A stretch of 63,998 bases of DNA, counting the filler, from Jimgerdemannia flammicorona (taxonomy: Eukaryota): the NCBI GenBank assembly GCA_003990765.1. It is 3 parts of 3 records of this genome, joined end to end, with 100 filler letters (N's around TTAATTAATTAA, not from the genome) between each part and the next. Parts side by side here need not be neighbours in the genome. Positions count along the whole stretch, not along the records: positions 42,895 to 63,998 come from RBNJ01001530.1; 2 more parts are not named here. One strand, 5' to 3'. This document shows positions 51,377 through 63,998 of this stretch, piece by piece; the first letter of the stretch is position 1, and every line of letters begins with the position of its first letter. The notes below the pieces were generated by a model that saw only the letters and a program-made list of their open reading frames with translations, was not told the DNA's origin and ran no database searches. The translations under genes were made by a program, and so were the position numbers.

Positions 51377-53232
51377 ACTTGGTAGCAGCAGTTTACAATT
51401 TAATTCTACTTCAAGATGCTTCCTCATCCTGCTACAAACTCTTCTGAGAATTCCTACAAGTTGGTATAAAGCCCAATCTCTGAACTGGAATTTATTCTAA
51501 ACCATCTGACAATCTGGAGAGAATTGAACCTGACATATAAGGACAACTTGACCTCCATACCTGCAACAAGTAGGACAAACTTCATTCAAAGAAAGAAATA
51601 CTCTAGTTAAATCAGCAAATAGGTGAAACCCTATTCACCGAACTCCTTGCTCTACACCCAGCAAGTCAAGATGAAGAAGGTCTTATCGAAGCCTTCTTTA
51701 CCCTTTTCAACAAGAGTTTTGTCAGCTCTACAAATCCGAGTGACCTAGGACAACCAGCAGCAGTCTTTCTAGCCTTAGTCTCTCATAAAGCCCAAGCCTC
51801 TGTAGCCAAGTGGCTCAACTCTACTGACTTTCACCATACCAGGACCAAGACTGCACTATACTACCGATTCCAGAACAGCAAGGCCCACCATATTCTTAAA
51901 GAAGAAGCAAGAGAAACCCTTCATCAACTATCTGACCTGGAACTAGAAGCAGGCCCTGCTACAGCTCTATCTGAATCTGAAATCAATACCGAACCAGAAC
52001 TTGATTTTGAATTAAGTCCATCTGAAATCAGATATATAACTGATTCTGTCTACTTTGATGCCGAGCAAACCCAATTACACAGGGACCAAACCAAAGAGGA
52101 GGAAGAGTATCTCAGTGAATTCAATCCTGAATATACTACTGAAGGAGATGTACCTCCATCAGGCCAGAACACACCTACACAGCAACAAACAGCTATCTAT
52201 CAAGCCCTTACTCCAGACTCACAACTACTACTCCAGCAACTTATACAGACCCAAAGAATACCCTCACACACTGCAACAGCACCAGACATAGCCACACTCT
52301 TGTTTGACAACATCTTTCACTATCATGGTCTTCCTAAGATCATTGTTAGTGACTGAGATCTGAAATTCACCAGCCATTTTTGGAAAGCCCTCCATACATA
52401 CCTTGGAATGAAACTCGCACTATCTACAGCCTTTCACCCTAAAACTGATAGCCAAACTGAAAGAATGAACCAAACTCTGGAACAAATACTAAGGAACTAT
52501 GTTTCCTACAGATAAGATAATTGGCATGAACACCTCACTGCAGTCGAGTTTGCCTATAACAACAGCAAGCAAGCCTCTCTTGGAATGACTCCATTCTTTG
52601 CCAACACTGGACAAAACCCAAACACCCCTTTGACACTCATCTGAACTACTGAAGAACTCTCCACAGTCGAAGCTGTTGAAGAATTCCTACTCCAAATACA
52701 TAATCTAAGTCAGATCGCAATTGAGAATTTATCGCAAGCTCAAGAACAACAGTCACAGTATGTTAACCAACACTGCTGAGAAGAAATCTTTGATATTGAA
52801 GAAAAAGTTCTACTAGACATCCAAGGATACCGAGTTGACAATCTCAAGTACAGACCATTTACAAAGTTGAACAGCAAGTTCATTGGACCATTCGAAGTCA
52901 TCATACAAGTCTCTCCTACTTTCTACAAATTGGTGCTACCAGACACCATTAAAATTCACTCAGTCTTCAATGTTCAATGTCTCAAGTGATATAATGACAA
53001 TGACGATGAGCTATTCCCAAACCAAACCACCAAACCACCTGCACCTGTCATTATTAATGACCAAGAAGAGTACAAAGTTGAACAAATCCTCAACAAATGT
53101 GGCCACAAGAACCACCCAGAGTACCTTGTTAAATGGAAAGATTACCTGATCCATGATGCAACCTGGGAACCCAAGACTAATCTCCAGAATGCCACTGACT
53201 TAGTTCAGAAATATGATTCCTTGAATAACTGA
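51377..53232 (+). pseudogene. 5' ORF/integrase/chromodomain fusion, unit 2
   Basis: Same junction and frame as unit 1. Confidence 0.9.
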
Positions 53233-53939
53233 AATCTGAATACTCCGATACCTATCAGTATATACTATATATTACCCTCCTGAACATTATAATTATCATG
53301 AACGAAATTAAGAACTCAGCAAGTTAAGATATAAGAATGGAAAAAATAGCAAAACTGAAAGCAAGTCTATTCTCCCCATACCACTGGTGGGAAACGAGAT
53401 GTAGACATTTAAGAAGATTCTTTAGAGAAAATTCTCCAGCAGTGAATGATGTCAGAATTACTTCTGGCATATGGCATCGAACATACAACCCTTTAACGTG
53501 TGAATCCAACATGTTAGGCAACTGTACTACAAGCATGTCACTTTCTGAAAAAATGAACTTTACCAGACTTTTGACCTCTCAAATGGTATAACAACACTAG
53601 AACAAAATTAGAAGGCCCCGACAAGGACATCGAAAGCTAAGAAGGGGAGAGTTGTAAGCACACAACCTCCAAGCCACAGAAATCACATGTCACCCCCTGA
53701 ACAAGCTACTGAAATCACACGCGACCTCCAAACAAATCTGGAAATCACCTGCTCGATCATGAAGCTGAGTCAAACTAAAGTCACAGTATACAAAGCTGAG
53801 TCAATATGAAGTCACAGAATACAAGATTCATATAAACAAAATCTTACCAATCAGGACCAAATGCATATATACCGAGCACTGAGATACATCAAAACAGAGA
53901 ACCAAAACAAATAACAAACATAACTTCCAAACACACAAT

Positions 53940-55037
53940 ATGACCACTGAGATCTACAACTACATCTGCACTGACATTTGTAATGCCATTGTCAACCAAG
54001 CCACACCCTCTCTACCCCTCATGAATATCCATAGCCTAGCACCCCTTTACTTCATGGAAGCCCAATGGAATGCCCTGAACATGCTTAACAAGGCCCACCG
54101 AATTGGACAAATCTCAAGCTACTATCAGATCAGCTGCCTCCTGGAAGATATGGTTGAACACCATCATGATACAGATATTACCCAGATGTCCCAATACCAG
54201 AAACTCATCGCCTGCAAATACAGAGAACTCTTCTATGAGTATAGCATCTTTATTCCCCACCTTTGAGTTACTACCAGTGAAATGGTTGCTACTCTATCCT
54301 ATGGCCAAATCGATGATATGATACAAGAACTCAACTACAAGTATCTTGAGTACATTGAAATCATAGACAGAACCTTCCCACACCCTGATGACCATATCCT
54401 ACAAATGCCTCAAGTTGGATATACTATGAAGAATATCTATAATATAATCCGATTTGATAAAGATGAAGTAGAAGACAATGATCCCTCTGATGCCGACATG
54501 ACCTCAAGCCAAGGATCTCTACCAACCCTGATCATGCCACCAACCTTGCCAATGAACTTACAACAGTTCATAATCACATATGAGACTTATTGGGACAATG
54601 ACCACTGGTATGAATACTAATCTGTATTCACCCCCAATTACTTCAACTATAATGAAGAGACCAGAGAACACAACCTGTACCTCTAGACAACCCTCGAGAT
54701 CAAACCAACTACTCTACCACCTGAGTATGAGCGACATAAACCACAGCCACCAGCTTACTACAATCTCATGACTCATAGTGCTGTAATCTACAGAAGATAT
54801 GCAGACAGCGAATCCGATAAAAGTAAAGATGATGCACCCCTCCTTCACCCACCAATGCTCTACCCAGCATATGAGACAGATAATGCTATCATATGGGATG
54901 GCGATGAAGTCCCAATGTATTACTATCTCAGTGAACAAGGAGAAGTAATCCACGAGCCACTCTTCCTAGATGACTACTTCATCAGAGATGATGCAATTGA
55001 TGGTAATATCATCAAAGACTACCCAGACAGTGTCTAA
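53940..55037 (+). pseudogene. LTR-A-internal accessory ORF, copy 4
   Basis: 1098 nt with three transition stops. Confidence 0.85.
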
Positions 55038-58000
55038 ACCTATAAATAGCTTAGCAGTCATAGTATAGTTAGATTAGCCTTATATGACATGACTGTGAAC
55101 TGACTCAGCAGTCAGATGATCTCTTGATATATCAGATCACACTTGTACTATGTGACTGCATTCTGACTCAGCAAGGTACCTAGTGCTACATCCATATTTA
55201 GCATAGTCCAGATAGCCCCTCACTAGTATAAATACCCCCTCCCCCAGATCTCAGAATCTCAGACTCGAATATACAAGAACATTTCTGAATACTTCTCCAC
55301 AATATCTCTTCACACAATTACTCCTAGTATAGCAATATCATAAATAGCGAATAAACCTATTTAATAACCCACAAACCACTCTTAAGTAAATCTACTCCCT
55401 GTTAGATCCCACTCCTAACCCTGTTACGAAATTGCCTAATTGGGTATTGTCTGCAGCAATATGCCAATTCAACTAAGCTGGTCTTAGTTTCTTAAAATTC
55501 CTGAAATACGGAAAATCCTGAACATCCAGAACTAGTCCGAAAAAGGACTTTGGTTGAGATGTCAATCTGATCTTGAAATCAATAAGCATAGAGGATGTAC
55601 TCCATATGAAATTGATCTTGACCATAAGAAAACAGTCTTCCAGAACATCCAGAAATTCCAGAAAACTCTTCTAGAACTACATAATGGTTACCCTAAAAAG
55701 CAACCCTCTTACATGATTCCTCCTAGGTGTCCTTGCTCATATGTATACTTCCTTTATTACTTGATACTTCTTGTATTTGAGTATTACTAGCTTTCCTCCT
55801 TTTCTGAGTATAGTGTTGTCTAATTCAAACTATTTTCAAGTCCAGTTGATGATGGTGATTGTCCAGGGTTTGAGGTGGTTGGGCATCTTCTGCTGCCCAA
55901 GGTAGCTGATTAATCCATAGTATAGCTCCTTATTCATGTTGAATAGTCTTGATGGGAGTATTTCAGGGTATCCTTGAGAGTGTATCAGCATTGGTATTGG
56001 TCTTTCCTGAGTGGTACTTGACAGTACAGTCATACTCTTGCAGCCTGTAGATCTATCTGGCATATATTTCTTTGGGGTTCAGAGTGTGGAATAGCCAGAC
56101 AAGAGTGGAATGGTCTGTTTGAATGGTAAAGTGTTTCCTAGCTAAGTAGTAGTGGAACTTGTCTACTGCCCAGACTACTGCTAAGCATTCGAGCTTATAT
56201 GACTCATAGTTCTGTTCTGCTCCATAAGTATCTCGGCTTATGTAGGAGATGATATATTCATGTCTATCTTTCTTCTGCTAGGACTGCTCCAAGTTCTATA
56301 GCACTCACATCTATCTGCAGGATGAATTCTAGGTTCCAATCTGGTCTTCTGAGGATGGGTGCTTGAGTCAACCTGGTCTTGAGTTCATTGAAGGTTTCTT
56401 GGCACTCTTTGGTCCATTTGAATTTGGTCTCCTTCTTCAGTAGCTCATAGATAGGTGCTGCAATGTTAGAGTATCCTTTGATAAATCTTCTGTAGTAGCT
56501 GGCCAGTCCAAGGAAGGTATGGACTTCTGTGGTTGTTCTGGATCTTGGGTAGGTTACAATAGTCTCAATCTTCATGGAATCTGTATGGATTCTGGTCTGG
56601 TTGATGAGGTGTCCTAGGTAGGCAATTTCTTGAGCTACAAACTTGCATTTCTTGGGCTTGATATAGAGACCATGCTCCTTGAGTGTCTTGAGGGCTAGCT
56701 GTATGTGATTGATATGTTCCCGTGCTGTATTGCTGAAGATGATCACATCATCAACATAGACAAAGAGCCATTTTCCAATCTCATTGCTGAAGACTCTATT
56801 CATCATTTACTGAAAACTTACTGGGGTATTGCACATTCCAAATGGCATTCGCAGATAGATATAGGTGGTATCAGGTGTGATGAAGGCTGATTTCTCACTG
56901 GCATCTTGAGTGAGACCAATCTGATGGAAGCCTGAGAATAGATCCAAGGTAGTGTAGTATTTGGCTTCACTTCCAAGGGTGGTAAGGATTTCTTGAATAT
57001 TTGACAAGGGCTGCCTATCCTTCTTGGTGATGGCATTGAGCTTCCTGTAGTCGATGCAGAGTCTTGGTGCAAACTCTCCAGGTTTGCTTCTTTTCTTCGG
57101 GGCAAGGATAATGGGTGAGGCCCAGGGACTGATAGCTTGCTTGATAATTCTGGCTTCTTCCATTTCCTTGAGTTCTGCTCACAGCCACTCTCTGTAGGCA
57201 GGTGGTATGGGTCTGGCTTTCTGATAGATGGGCTTGGTATTACTGGTGTCAACTTCATAGTAGTACTTAGGTTCTTAATTGTGGATATCCCTAAAGTCTA
57301 TAGCAAGTACTCCTTCATTCTGATGCAGGATCTTGAGAAGTTATTCCTCTAGAGGAAAGTTTTCTCCAATAGTATATGTGTGCTTGTTCTGGTCCTTGTC
57401 TTTCTTGTGTTCAAGTTTGGTAATCTTGGTGGCAGCATAGGCTCCTCTTTCAGTAAATCCAAAGCCTTGTTCTTCTCTCTTGGTCTTGATGAGTTCGATG
57501 GCTTCTATGATCTTAGGCTTCTTGACTTTATGGATCAGCATCTGGCCAATCCTGTCATGCTTCTTGACTTCGAAGGGGGTGGTGTAGTTGTGATTTCTGA
57601 CTATGAAGAAGATCTTGCCAGTGTAATCAGGGTCAATTACTCCTCCTTCAACTGAGATTTCGCTTTTGGCCAGACTGCTCCTAGTCTTGATAATTCCAGC
57701 ATGGTTCTCTGGCAGCTTGACTCCAATTCTAGTGCCAAGTAGGGTGGTGGTCTGTGGTTCGAGGGTAGTATCTTGAATACTGGCAAGGTCCATTCCTATG
57801 GCTCCTTCAGTCTTATATTTTGGGATCTTGGCTTTGGGGTGAAACTTCTTGACCTTGAGGGTGATGTCTGATTCTTATTCCTCCTCATCATTACTGTCAG
57901 CCTGAAGTTCTGGGGGCTGGTTATCTTCTTTGGCTTTTCTTTTTACTTTGGCAGCTTCTTGCTTGTATTTCTGTTGGCAGATTTTCCTGACTTCACTGAT

Positions 58001-58098
58001 ACAGGACCAGCAGTCATTCAGGTGTTCAGAGCAGTACATCCTAGTACTATGGGGACATCTTCCTTGAGAGGCATACCCATCGATGATCTTGTTGTACC

Positions 58099-58139
<41 letters not shown>

Positions 58140-58201
58140 GTCACTTGGACTCATCCTTTATTACACCCATCTATCCCATATAAGTACAGTGAACCCACCC
58201 C

Positions 58202-61200
58202 CTATCCAATCCCCCTAGGGGGGCCCCTCCCCTCTACCCCTTCTCGATAAAACACTACTCTATTGAATATAATTCCCACCCTCTCACCACTCTGTTCACA
58301 TATCCTCTCTACCAAACCCCACCATCACCCCCCTGAAGGACCCCAACCTAGCCACCATCTAGTCATCAGATCTCCCAACAGCTCCTCCCACCTTAAAACC
58401 CTCTCCTGCAGTCTCAACTACCATCTCTCCTCAAATATAAATAGCCAATGTTCTACCAATCCCACCCAAACTGCTAACACCCACCCAACAGTGAGCCAAC
58501 TATCACCCACCCCCCCCACTAGCTGAGATCTTAAGACCTCCCAGCAATCCCCCTCACCCTCCAGCCTGCACTCTACACCCAGTCTATTCTCTATTTCAAC
58601 CCAAAAGTCCCCCAAAACCTCAGCCAATATTCCAGCATCTGCACCAAACCCCCCAGTTTTCCCTATATTGTAACACTTCTCACAATCAAAACAGCCACCA
58701 TCTACCAGATGCCCAGTGTGGAAATTCAACATGACATTCCTCCACAGTATTTGCCACCACACCACCCAGAACTTGGGGAAAGCCACTGCTGTACCTCAGC
58801 ACTCCAAGACCAGATACCTGCCCAGTTTTACTTCTTGCTGATCCCAACTGCTTGCCAACCGCTTGGCCAAAGATCCTGGCCAAGACTCTGCTGATACTCC
58901 ACTCCATCCCCAATATCAAAAGTAGCAAGTGGAGTATCCCCCAGTAGCAGTCTATCTCATCGCCACATACTAGATCCCTACAATACCTCCCCCTTATTGC
59001 CTTGCCAATGCAGACCAATTCTGTGTACTCCATTGACCACTCTCCACCAAAAGCCCTTAAACCTCAGCCTCCAAATTCCATTGAGCCCTACCAAAGAAAG
59101 TAGATCTCCTGAGGACCCTCAGGAGGAGGTTCTCATCTTTCACACCTTTTGCAGCAGAGGCACCCAACCCCCTCCTCATAGTTCAGCTGCTCTCTTCAAT
59201 CACCAGACTTATAAGCAGTGTAACCTCTTAGGGAAATCCACAAGGCCAAGACCTCCCCTGACCACCAGTGTCACAAGAGTATCCCAACTGATCTGGGACC
59301 TCCTCCCTGCCCAAATCCAATCCCTAACCATCTTTGTCAGTCTCTTCATCACCCAAGCTAGGAAGTCTAGGTAGTAGGCCACATACCACAGCTTGGAGAA
59401 CCAGTATGTATTCAGAATGGATACCCACCCTGCTAGAGAGATATGGCAGCCTCCCCAACCTCGAAAGGTCTCCCTCCAAATAGTCACCCTGCTCTCCCAC
59501 TATACTTGTGGCAAGACAGAGCCATATATAGAGAGAAAGATGTCCAGATACTATACCACCTCACCAGTAGGGACAATTGTTCCAATGACATCCCCATCCA
59601 CCAGCCCATTCCCTAACACCATAGTCTCACACTTATACCAGTTGAGCTTTGCTCTAGAGTGATCCTTATATCATTTCACCATCTCCTTAAGTGTCTCGAC
59701 ATCTGCCACAGACCCAAGGCCAACCACCATATCATCTACAAAGGCTTCCACCTTCCATACTATGCCATAGATAGAGAGTCCTACCACCTTCCAGTGAATC
59801 CTATTCATCAATGGTTTCAATGAGAGGGTATAAAGAATAGAGGACAGGGGGTCCCTCTGAGGAACCCCTCTTCTCAAGGTAAATGCCAGACTATGGTGAC
59901 CATTATACATCAGCGCCACCTGACTGCCCTCTAACAGATTCAACATAGAAGTCTGAAATCCTGGAGGAACCCCAATATGATCCAACACCTTGCCCAGCCA
60001 AACCCATCAGACCCAGTCATAGGCCTTCTCCTGGTACAAGAAGACTAACCTTCCATCCAGGCCACAAGCCTGGGCCCCTTCAATGATACCATGCACCCAC
60101 GCAGTCCCATCTCTTATAAGTCTGCCTCTAACAAAACCCCACTGCTCCTCCCCCAGTACCTGTTGGACAACCTTCTGCAGCCTTGCAACAACCACCTTAG
60201 TCACCATCTTCCTGTTTATGTCCAAAAGCATGATTGGCCACCAGTTCTTCCAGTCTTCCCTCTTCCCTTTGTCTTTGTACAATAAAGCCACCAGCCCAAG
60301 GTCCTGCTCTCCAACCCACTCATCACTCTGAAGAACAAGATCACAGAGAGCAGTCATCTCACCTAAAATACCAGGAACTATAACCATTTTCTTCCAGAAG
60401 TCCCATGGTAGTCCATCCTCCCCTAGTGCTGTTCTATTTTTTGCTGCTGCAAGGATGCTCTGGACTTCCTCACCTCACACCAGTAAGGCCAAGTCACCCA
60501 GTCCTGCTGCTTGTGGTGGCCTCCATTCCCCTAATGTATCTTCAATAGCTACTTCATCAGCACCCCCTTCTTTCTCACTCCACAAACCCTGCCATCTCTC
60601 TTTCAAAGCCCCTAAGATTTGTTGCATGCCATGTACCATGTCTCCATTGGCATCTAGGACTCCATCCTACTGATGTCTCACCCTCCTAGCTTGGAGCAGA
60701 TGGGACAAATATCTAGAAGACTGCTCACCCTCCTTAAGCCCCTGCTACCTTAGCCTAGCAGCCATACCTCACATATACACCTCCTCCTCTTCTCTCAAAA
60801 CCTGTTGCAGTTCTATTATCTCCAGTTTAATCTGCTCTAACCTCTAATCCTCCACCCCTGCAGAAGTAAGCAAACCTGCCCAATCCATTTGCAATCTCCT
60901 CAGCCTGTTGGAAGTATACCTCGTACATTTCCTCCTCTGTCTCCCAGCTTCTCTCCCAGCTCCTCCCCAATAGACCCTTGCAGCCTCTTTCAATCTCATC
61001 CAATGGACAACCACTGACAAACCCTCACATCTCCAGTAAGAAACCTTTGCCTGAATGTTCTCTACCCACGAATCCCACAACTCCTTCTCAGCCAGCAGGG
61101 AGGAGTTAAGGTGCCAATGTCCAGGTCCATCTCCACTCCCCCCAAACTGCCCCTGTCCCAACAGTCCCCAGTGATCAGACCATGGGCACCATTCTACCTC

Positions 61201-61851
61201 CAATGTCTTCCAGACATCAGACCCCCAGCATTCTGCCATCAGAATCCAGTCAATTCTTGTACCTAAGCCATTCACCCAATGCATGTAGACCCTGGAGTTG
61301 CCCCATTGTATTCTGTCTATATCTCCTAAGGAGCTCAGCCTCTCCACCTCCTCCCATACATCCAGGCCTCCACTTCTCCCTCCTGTACCCCTCCCACCAT
61401 CAGTTTGGTCCAGATGCTGATCCCGAACCATATTAAAGTCCCCCTCAAGCATATTGACCCCTTTCACCAAGAGAATACCCCCCTCCAGCAGCTCCTTAAT
61501 CCAAGCAATCCTCTCACTCCTAACCACAGGGCAGTAGTAAGAGCCAACTCTCACCGATTCCCACCCTGGCCGATGCCAATCTCCCCAGACCAAGTAATCA
61601 CCCCAGCTCCCAATACCCCCCAAGTCTCCTCTACCCTTCCTCACCAGAATCACCACTTTTCCAAACCAAGCAGTAGCTCCACCCCATTCCCTAGTTCACT
61701 CAACCTGATCATTCTCATCCTCATACCAAATATCCTGTAGTAAAAAGAGATCAGCCTCCAATCCCTTGAGCCAATTAAAAATGTTCTTATGCCACCCAGA
61801 TCCCCTTAGCCCATTTACATTCAAAGAGAAAATATTGGTTGTACTGTTCAT
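58202..61851 (-). pseudogene. LINE ORF2: APE endonuclease, RT and Cys-rich C-terminus
   Basis: SLNVNGL, LLQD, GDFN, RID, SDH, NWWPIMLL, EKAYD.V, RGVPQ.DPLS, AFVDD; ends GPPRGIG*. Confidence 0.92.
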
Positions 61852-61879
61852 AAGAAATAATGTTATATACTGATCCCAT

Positions 61880-63885
61880 TCTCTACAAGTCCTCATTTGG
61901 CTCCTCCTGCACCAAGTCCAAGTCATGTTCAGCAGCTAGTTCCCTTTCTCCAGCTTCCTGTGCCTTCAACCCTCCCAGAAGTTCTACTATTGTCCCATCT
62001 TCTTGCTCTTCAAAGTCCTCACAATATTCCAGACAGGCCTCTGCCAGAACCACAAACCATATCACTCCACCCAACAGTATGCTGCCCACTCACCAGCAAC
62101 CACTACTAGCTCAGCCCTTCTCACCTCATCAACCTCATATCCTTCCTCCTTTAGGAAAATCGAAAGAATCTCCCCCTTCAGTGCCTCCACCACTCCCTCA
62201 CCATGCAAAATCTGTGCCCAGTACTCCTCAGGCATTACCTGCAGGTCCACTTCCCCCAAAGTCCCAGCTGTGAGGTTATCCATTACCTTGCTCATCCACA
62301 GCAAGTTCCCCACCTCCTTTCCTCCTGAAGTCCCTGGCCATCCTACATCCAACATTGTGGTGTCAGCCCCTACACTGGCAGCCTCATCCCACTCCTTCTC
62401 TGGGATATCCACCAGCTCATCCTCACCAACTGCCACCACCTGACCCCCTTTTTCTACATCAGGGACCCCAAAGTGCACTCGCTGGGCTCCCTTCATCGGT
62501 GTATCCTCTGTTGGCTGTCTCTTTCCAGCTGGGCCCCTCCTGATAAGAGGGGGGGGGGTTGCATCCAGCTCTGGCTCCCAGACCTCAAAAGTGTCATCAG
62601 TAAAGGGGTTCTTGCTCAGTAACTTTTCAGCCCCTTCCTTGCCTGCCTCCACCTCCCCAACTCCTTTACTCACCCAAACATTGGCTTTGATACCCCCAGA
62701 CTCTTCAGCTCCCACTGCCTTCTGCTTAGCCTCTACATTCATACTCACAAGTAGCTCTCTCTGCCTCCTGCACTCCTGTATCTGCTCCCACTGCTTCCTG
62801 TCAGTACAGAAGCATTTCCCATCCACAATCTCCAGATGCATCAACTCCTCATACATCTTCCAGGCCCTTGCCCTTCTCTCCACAGCTCCACTCATCTCCT
62901 CTAGCACCTCCAACAAGTCCTCCTCCTCCTCCTCACTCCCCTTCACCCTCGATACCTTACAGATGAATGCCCCCCACATCAGCACAGAAGGCCAGTCACT
63001 TGCCTTCCCTGTGGCCTCCTTGCCCACCAACCAAATCCTGACATCAATGTCGCTCATTCTGATCATTGTCCCCTCCCACACCTGAAAGCCAATGTCTACC
63101 ACATCACCATACTCAATCATCACCTCCTCCACCCTCTTTCTAGTCTCCTCCTTAGTCACTGTAGGCACCTCCTTCACCAGAAGCTGCACCACCCTGGGGT
63201 CCCATCACAAGCACCTCACCATGGGGACCACCACCTCCCTAACCACAATACCAGTCTTCAGTGTCTCATCCAGTGGGCCTGTCTCCTCAAAGCCCACCTC
63301 GACCCCCTCCAGACCCTTCAAGAACTTCACCAAGGCCACCCCAGCCACTTGCTTCGAAACAAGCCCCAGAACTATCCTTGCCGTCACCACCAAGCCCCAG
63401 AAGCACAAGGTTACTACAAACTCCAAGATCAACTTCTTGAGCAATGGGGTCACCGCCAGCCCTGTTACACCATCCGCCAGGTCCCCCTTCTGCATCGGGA
63501 ACCCCTGCCCCACCTGGCCATCAGCCATCACATCTCTTTTTTTTTCCTGATTCCCCATCACACTCCCATCAACAGTTACACCCCCAGCCACAGCACCTCC
63601 AGCGCCTATGCCTACACTCCCAGCCAGAGCACCACCCCCCCTCCCAAGGCTTGCCTTGTCCTTCCCCTCAGCAGCACCAGCCCTATTACCAGCTGGCCAC
63701 CCACTCCCCTTAACCTTGTTTATGAAGCTTGGGAGACCAGACCTTCCCCCATTACTACTGGACACCAGTCCCCCTCTAGAGCTTTCTCCATTCTTTGGTC
63801 CTCCGAAGGCCCCCATCCCCAGATCATAACCCCTCCCCACCTGCTGCCAGTCAAAGGCCCTAGATCTTCCCAACCTAGTACGCAC
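61880..63885 (-). pseudogene. LINE ORF1
   Basis: Long same-strand ORFs 63205-63885 and 62062-63192 upstream of ORF2. The EYGDVVDI segment is RRM-like. Confidence 0.7.
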
Positions 63886-63998
63886 ACCTATATAGTCATT
63901 GCTCTCTATATTGATATGTAAAATTCTTTACAAAAGTAATTATCAATTAATTATTTTATAAAATGAGTATATGATCTTACTTCTGAGTAAAACTTATT

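Larger units (their letters stand above)
46994..55713 (+). mobile_element. Tandem non-autonomous family A (chromodomain Ty3/Gypsy): LTR stub-internal-LTR-internal-LTR
   Basis: LTR stub to 47029; internal 47030-49316; LTR 49317-51376; internal 51377-53652; LTR 53653-55713. PBS TGGTAGCAGCAG and PPT AAGAAGGGGAGAG. Confidence 0.93.
45204..58100 (-). mobile_element. Ty3/Gypsy family B copy 3: 3' LTR 45204-46753, interrupted by the family A tandem and by LINE-1
   Basis: B sequence at 45204-46993 and 55714-58100. About 1.1 kb of IN is deleted at the left junction. Confidence 0.92.
58101..63890 (-). mobile_element. Near-full-length L1/Tx1-like LINE (family LINE-1) inserted into B3
   Basis: Poly-T at 58101-58136, then ORF2 and ORF1. 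The 5' end abuts AT-rich DNA and no TSD is visible. Confidence 0.92.

Overview
This is a eukaryotic, most likely fungal, transposon-dense region with no recognisable host gene. Nearly all repeats show C>T/G>A decay at CpG and CpA, grading into AT-rich relic tracts. Two 100-bp assembly spacers (N44-TTAATTAATTAA-N44) break the window. The window holds three Ty3/Gypsy families: A, a chromodomain-type family with ~2.06-kb LTRs seen as solo/partial LTRs and a non-autonomous tandem; B, three minus-strand dUTPase-bearing copies; and C, one complete dUTPase-bearing copy. It also holds a complete 6.5-kb hAT element with 8-bp TSD, a second hAT end, a young CpG-rich Ty1/Copia, two L1/Tx1-like LINE copies, and a second poly(A)-tailed family. 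Top observations, all from manual alignment and motif reading and not database-verified: (1) the hAT carries a convergent, intron-containing gene resembling a fungal TET/JBP 2OG-Fe(II) dioxygenase. (2) All three Ty3/Gypsy families encode homologues of one unnamed accessory protein, inside the LTR in A and B and just after pol in C. (3) In B and C, integrase sits in a conserved +1 frame relative to RNase H.
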